Shown piece by piece: positions 59,105-64,000 of a stretch of 64,000 nt of DNA. The notes under the pieces were generated by a model. The model worked only from the letters and a program-made list of their open reading frames with translations, was not told where the DNA came from and ran no database searches. The translations under genes were made by a program, and so were the position numbers. Source of the stretch: the human T2T-CHM13v2.0 reference genome, Homo sapiens; assembly GCF_009914755.1 (NCBI RefSeq), contig NC_060926.1. One strand, given 5' to 3'. Every line of letters starts with the position of its first letter. Position 1 is the first letter of the stretch.

Positions 59105-59202
59105 ATGTATATCTATAAATATGTGTATATATAGATGTATACATGTATATACATATATGTATATGATATAGATTTATGTATCTATATATACATATATGTG
59201 TT

Positions 59203-59235
<33 letters not shown>

Positions 59236-59247
59236 CTGTACACACAC
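59105..59247. repeat. (TA)/(TG) compound microsatellite
   Basis: Alternating purine-pyrimidine tract. Confidence 0.85.
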
Positions 59248-59657
59248 AGTAGTTCCACTTAATCCATGCTTTCACTTTCCGTGGTCTTAGTTACCCTCAG
59301 TCAGCTGCAGTTCAAAAATATTAAAATGAAAACTCCAAAAATAAACAATTCATAAGTTTTAAATTGTGTTCTGTTCTGAGTAGCATGATGAAATCTCAAG
59401 CAGTCCCCTTCTGTCCCTCAAGGGAGGTGAATCATCCCTTTGTCCAGTGATCACACTATCTACGCTCCCTGCCCTCCCCTCGTGATAGTCACTTAGCAGC
59501 CATCCCTGGGATCAGATCGGCTGTCATGGTATCACAGTGCTGCATTCAGGTAACCCTTATTTTACGTAATAATGGCCCCAGAGTATGAGGGTAAGGACGC
59601 TGGCAATCTGGATATGCCAAAGAGAAGTCATAAAGTGCTTCCTTTACATGAAAAGGT
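59247..59657. mobile_element. MER44/Tigger7 fragment (one TIR only)
   Basis: CAGTAGTTCCACTTAATCC start, same family as 906-1234. Confidence 0.75.
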
Positions 59658-59659
59658 GA

Positions 59660-59860
59660 GCCGGCTGTGGTGGCTCGTACCTGTAATTCCACACTTTGAG
59701 AGGCGAAGGTGGGCAAATCACTTGAGGTCAGGAGTTCGGGACCAGCTTGGGCAACATGGCGAACCTGATTTCTACAAAAAATACAAAAATTAGCTGGGCG
59801 TGATGGAGTGTGTCACCCAAACTGGGTGACAGAGCAAGACCCCATTTCAAAAAAAAAAAA
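59660..59860 (+). mobile_element. Internally deleted Alu
   Basis: Left monomer intact, most of right monomer missing. Confidence 0.85.
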
Positions 59861-60917
59861 GTCAGGTAGAAGTGAAACTTCTCTGGATATCCTCTTTCTG
59901 TAGTTTTGACCTTCAAATTATGTAACTGTATTGCCTATTTAAAAAGTATTTAATTGAGAAATTATTGTTGAAATAAGTTCCCAATATAGTGATTATGTGT
60001 TCTGCATCACAACTCAGGATGCCCACTCTGTTTATTAAAGCAGAGTAAAAAACACAGGTCGGAATTTTAAAACTCAGGCCTATGTAACAAAGCCAGAAAT
60101 TTTACAATGGAGAATCAGAGGTTATGCAATAAGATATAATTCCTAGGTTTAGGTAGTAGGCTTGATCTCAAAATAAGGCTTGTTATCCAGAAAGTAACCC
60201 AACCCCCTTCATAGACCTCTTTGGGATGCTTTGAAAACTTCTGACCCCAGAAAAAATGCACAAACACAAAACATAATTTTTCAATGGTTCATGCATGTTT
60301 CAAAGCCCATCCATGGATGTCAATAAATTTAGCTGCCAATACATTTACATTGCTCTCCTATTTAACTGGAGATGAATTTACATACCTGAAACAACTAAAT
60401 AACCATACAGTGGTATTAAATATCTGCATAGCTTAGCAAGAAAGCCAAATAGGGAAGAAATCAGTGGGTCTGATATGATGTATGCGGATTTTTTGGAGGA
60501 GCTGAGAAATGACCTCACTCTCAAAATAGTAGGATTCGGAGGCATAGAAGGTACAGAAAATAGAGCATAGGCATTTGAGAAGAGAGCAAAGTATATATGG
60601 GAACCATAGGACACAGGTCTAATTGAAGTAAGGATTTGTGTTAGCAAATTGTATAAGGAAAGCACCTAGCACAGAGTCAGGCACTTGGGTACTCAATCAA
60701 TAGTAATTATTATTATTATTGCTACTATTAGAGCAGAATAAGGTCACATAGCTAAGGTGAAGCCATGTTCTAAAGGACCTTGAAAGTCACAAAAGCAATT
60801 AAGACTTGATAAGTCACTCTATTTTTGAGCAGAAGAACTTGATTGAGCAAACTATTTGGAACATGTGAAGAATGCGTTTGAGAAAGCGAAAAGAGGATGG
60901 GTACTAAGAGTAGTTCA

Positions 60918-61217
60918 CCCAGGCCTGGTGGTTCACGCCTATAATCCCAGCACCTAGGGAGGCCAAAGCAGAGGCTTGCTTGAGGCCAGTAGTTTGAGAA
61001 CAGCCTGGGCAACATAGCAAAAACCTATCTCTACAAAAAATAAAAAATTAGCTGGGTGTGATTGTGCATGCATGTGGTTCTAGCTACTTGGGAGGCTAAG
61101 ATGGGAGGATCGCTTGAGCCAAGGAGGTCAAGGTTACAGTAAGGCATGATTGTACCATTGCCCTCCAGCTTGGGCAACAGAGCAAAATCCTATCTCAAAA
61201 ATAAAATAAATAAATAA
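60918..61217 (+). mobile_element. AluJ with TSD AGAGTAGTTCA
   Basis: Full dimer with flanking direct repeat. Confidence 0.9.
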
Positions 61218-62079
61218 TAGAGTAGTTCAGTGGGTTTTGATCACAAAGCTAAAGAGAACTAAAACTAGGATGGTGGGACTGGAAATAAAGGACCTATTTG
61301 AGGGACTTTAAAAACTGGAGAGGCCTCAGGGACTGATTCATGATCTACAAGGGATAAAGGAGAGGGAAAAGTTGGAGGGAATATTTTTAAATTTACATTA
61401 TTATTATCATTTCCTTATTAAATATTACTAAATTAATCTTCTATTCTTTAGATTCTATGAGTGTTGCACTACTAGAATGTTTGTTCTGGGTAAAGGATGC
61501 AAACATCCTTGATGAAGCTCCCCACGGATCTTACCAAAACTAGGCTGAGATATGATGTAGGAGGGAATCAGGGGTTTCTCTTCAGCCATGAACAGCTTTT
61601 AACTGAATGTGTAGGTGGTGATAATGTTAAATGTACCACACAAAATCAGATTCATTTTTTTACCCATACGAAATTTCCATGGTGTACATGCCAGCTACCA
61701 GCCACTTTCAGGCTTGTCTATGCTTAACAGCTTCTGAACTTTTTGTTGACGAAATTTTAGTGGAAATTCTTATAGTAGAATCCCAAATGTTCTCTTACTG
61801 TGTTAAGCCTGATTCATGGTAGTTGGAGGTTTTCATTCTCTCTTGGTGATTACATTGGGTCTGCAGCTGCTGGAAGCAGAAAGAAGAGGGAAAATAAAGT
61901 GGTGCTTCCAGGATGCTAAGAAAAATGGAAAAAAAATCAAAGAAATGACAGATAGCTTTAGAAATCATCTCTACAGTCAAGATTTATTTCAGTCACGTGG
62001 CAGCTCTGTTAGTTGCTCCTGGTACATTGTACAGTCAAAAATGCAATTCTGGTTTAAGTTTTGGCTTTCTTTTTTGATA

Positions 62080-62223
62080 ATTTTTTTTTTTAAATTATAA
62101 TAATAGAGAGGAGGGTCTCACTGTGTTGCCCAGGTTGGTCTTGAACTCTTGAGCTCAAGTGATCGTCGCCACCTCGGCCTCTCAGAGTGCTGGGATTACA
62201 GGCATGAGCCACCATGCCTGGCC
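62080..62223 (-). mobile_element. FLAM with TSD TAAGTTTTGGCTTTC
   Basis: Monomer with flanking direct repeat. Confidence 0.88.
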
Positions 62224-62574
62224 TAAGTTTTGGCTTTCAGAAGGTAGTGTGATACCTAGAGAACATGGTGCCAGAAAACTTGGGTTCTAATTCCAGGTTT
62301 ATCTCTAATAACGGAGATGACCTTGAGCAAGTCAATTCATTTTTTTTTCAACCCAGCCTATGACAAGGTATTGTTTCAGGAATAAGTGAAATTTCATTGT
62401 CAAAGCTCTTTGTAAATGTAAAGCACCACAGAAAAATAAGGTATTTGTTGGGACTTTTTACTTTTTGTTTTGCCTGTGCTGATCTCGACATCCCAAGGAC
62501 AAAATCTATGATTTAGACTTAATTGGTTTTTTTTTTAATATACTTAATACATATAGTAGAAATTTAATTAATAC

Positions 62575-63193
<619 letters not shown>

Positions 63194-63852
63194 ATAATAC
63201 GTTTTGATTAATGATGCAAACAAGGGGGAAACTCTCCTGGAATGTCGCTGGCTAATGGATTGAAACTGCAGTCAGCCAGTGGGTGTCTTGCTATCTTCCC
63301 ACAGCAGTAGTAGGAGAAGGAGATAAGGTGGAGAGTAAGGGGAGAAAAAAATAGATTGGATTTCTAACAATCTCCCAAAAAACACACAGAATTTAGCTTT
63401 TTATATTTGGCTATTTTTATTACAAAAAGCTAATTCAATGCCCTGGACTTTAAAAGGAATGGGCATGGGGCAATACAGTTAACAATAGTATCTTGCCATT
63501 ATTTTACCTTTTTAATGTTTTCTATCTTTTATTTGTTTCTTTGCAGTTCCATAGTTTTTCATACCTCTTTAGTGCTAATTATAGCATATAGTTGTCATAT
63601 TTCAGTTATACCTATTTTTAAGTGCAGTGATCTCTTGACAGATGTCTGCTGGATTCCCAATGTCAGTGGAACTCATGGTTAATTTCTACATTCCTTTATC
63701 ATCCTCACATATTCATTCGTTTAACAAATATGCAAGGAGTGCTACTATATGCTGGACAGTGTATTAAGCACTGGTTATGGAAGCAAAATAGGCACAATCC
63801 TTGCCCTCATGCAACTCACAGTCTGGTGGCAGAGTATGCTAAAGACTTCTTG

Positions 63853-64000
63853 GGCTGGCCACGGTGGATCACAGCTATAATCCCAGCACGTTGGGAGGCC
63901 AAGGCAGGTGGACCGCTTGATTCCAGGATTTTGAGACCAGCCTGGGTAACATGGCAAAATACCATCTCTACAAAAAATACAAAAATTAGCTAGCATGGTG
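63853..64000 (+). mobile_element. Alu, truncated by window end
   Basis: Left monomer and linker. Confidence 0.88.

Overview
Human (primate) genomic DNA containing the 5' half of RTN4 (reticulon-4/Nogo) on the minus strand. It includes the CpG-island promoter and coding exon 1 (52959-53514, 556 nt), the 57-nt exon 2 (31380-31436), the 2400-nt Nogo-A-specific exon 3 (28302-30701), and the alternative first exon of Nogo-C (CDS 13303-13336, MDGQKKNWKDK), which the ORF track misses. The shared reticulon-homology exons lie beyond the left edge. The rest is intron or upstream sequence full of Alu, L1, L2, MIR, Tigger/hAT and LTR relics, plus a U6 retropseudogene. I see no convincing new multi-gene system. 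The most unusual observations are: an unexplained ~175-bp inverted duplication upstream of the promoter, a GC-AG donor on exon 2, a QKI/branch-like TACTAAC before the Nogo-A exon, a candidate recursive splice site/microexon with an adjacent RBFOX motif, a perfect 28-bp palindrome, and several nested or tiny retro-insertions with intact target-site duplications. Repeat subfamily names come from recall of consensus sequences, not a database search, and repeat boundaries are approximate.
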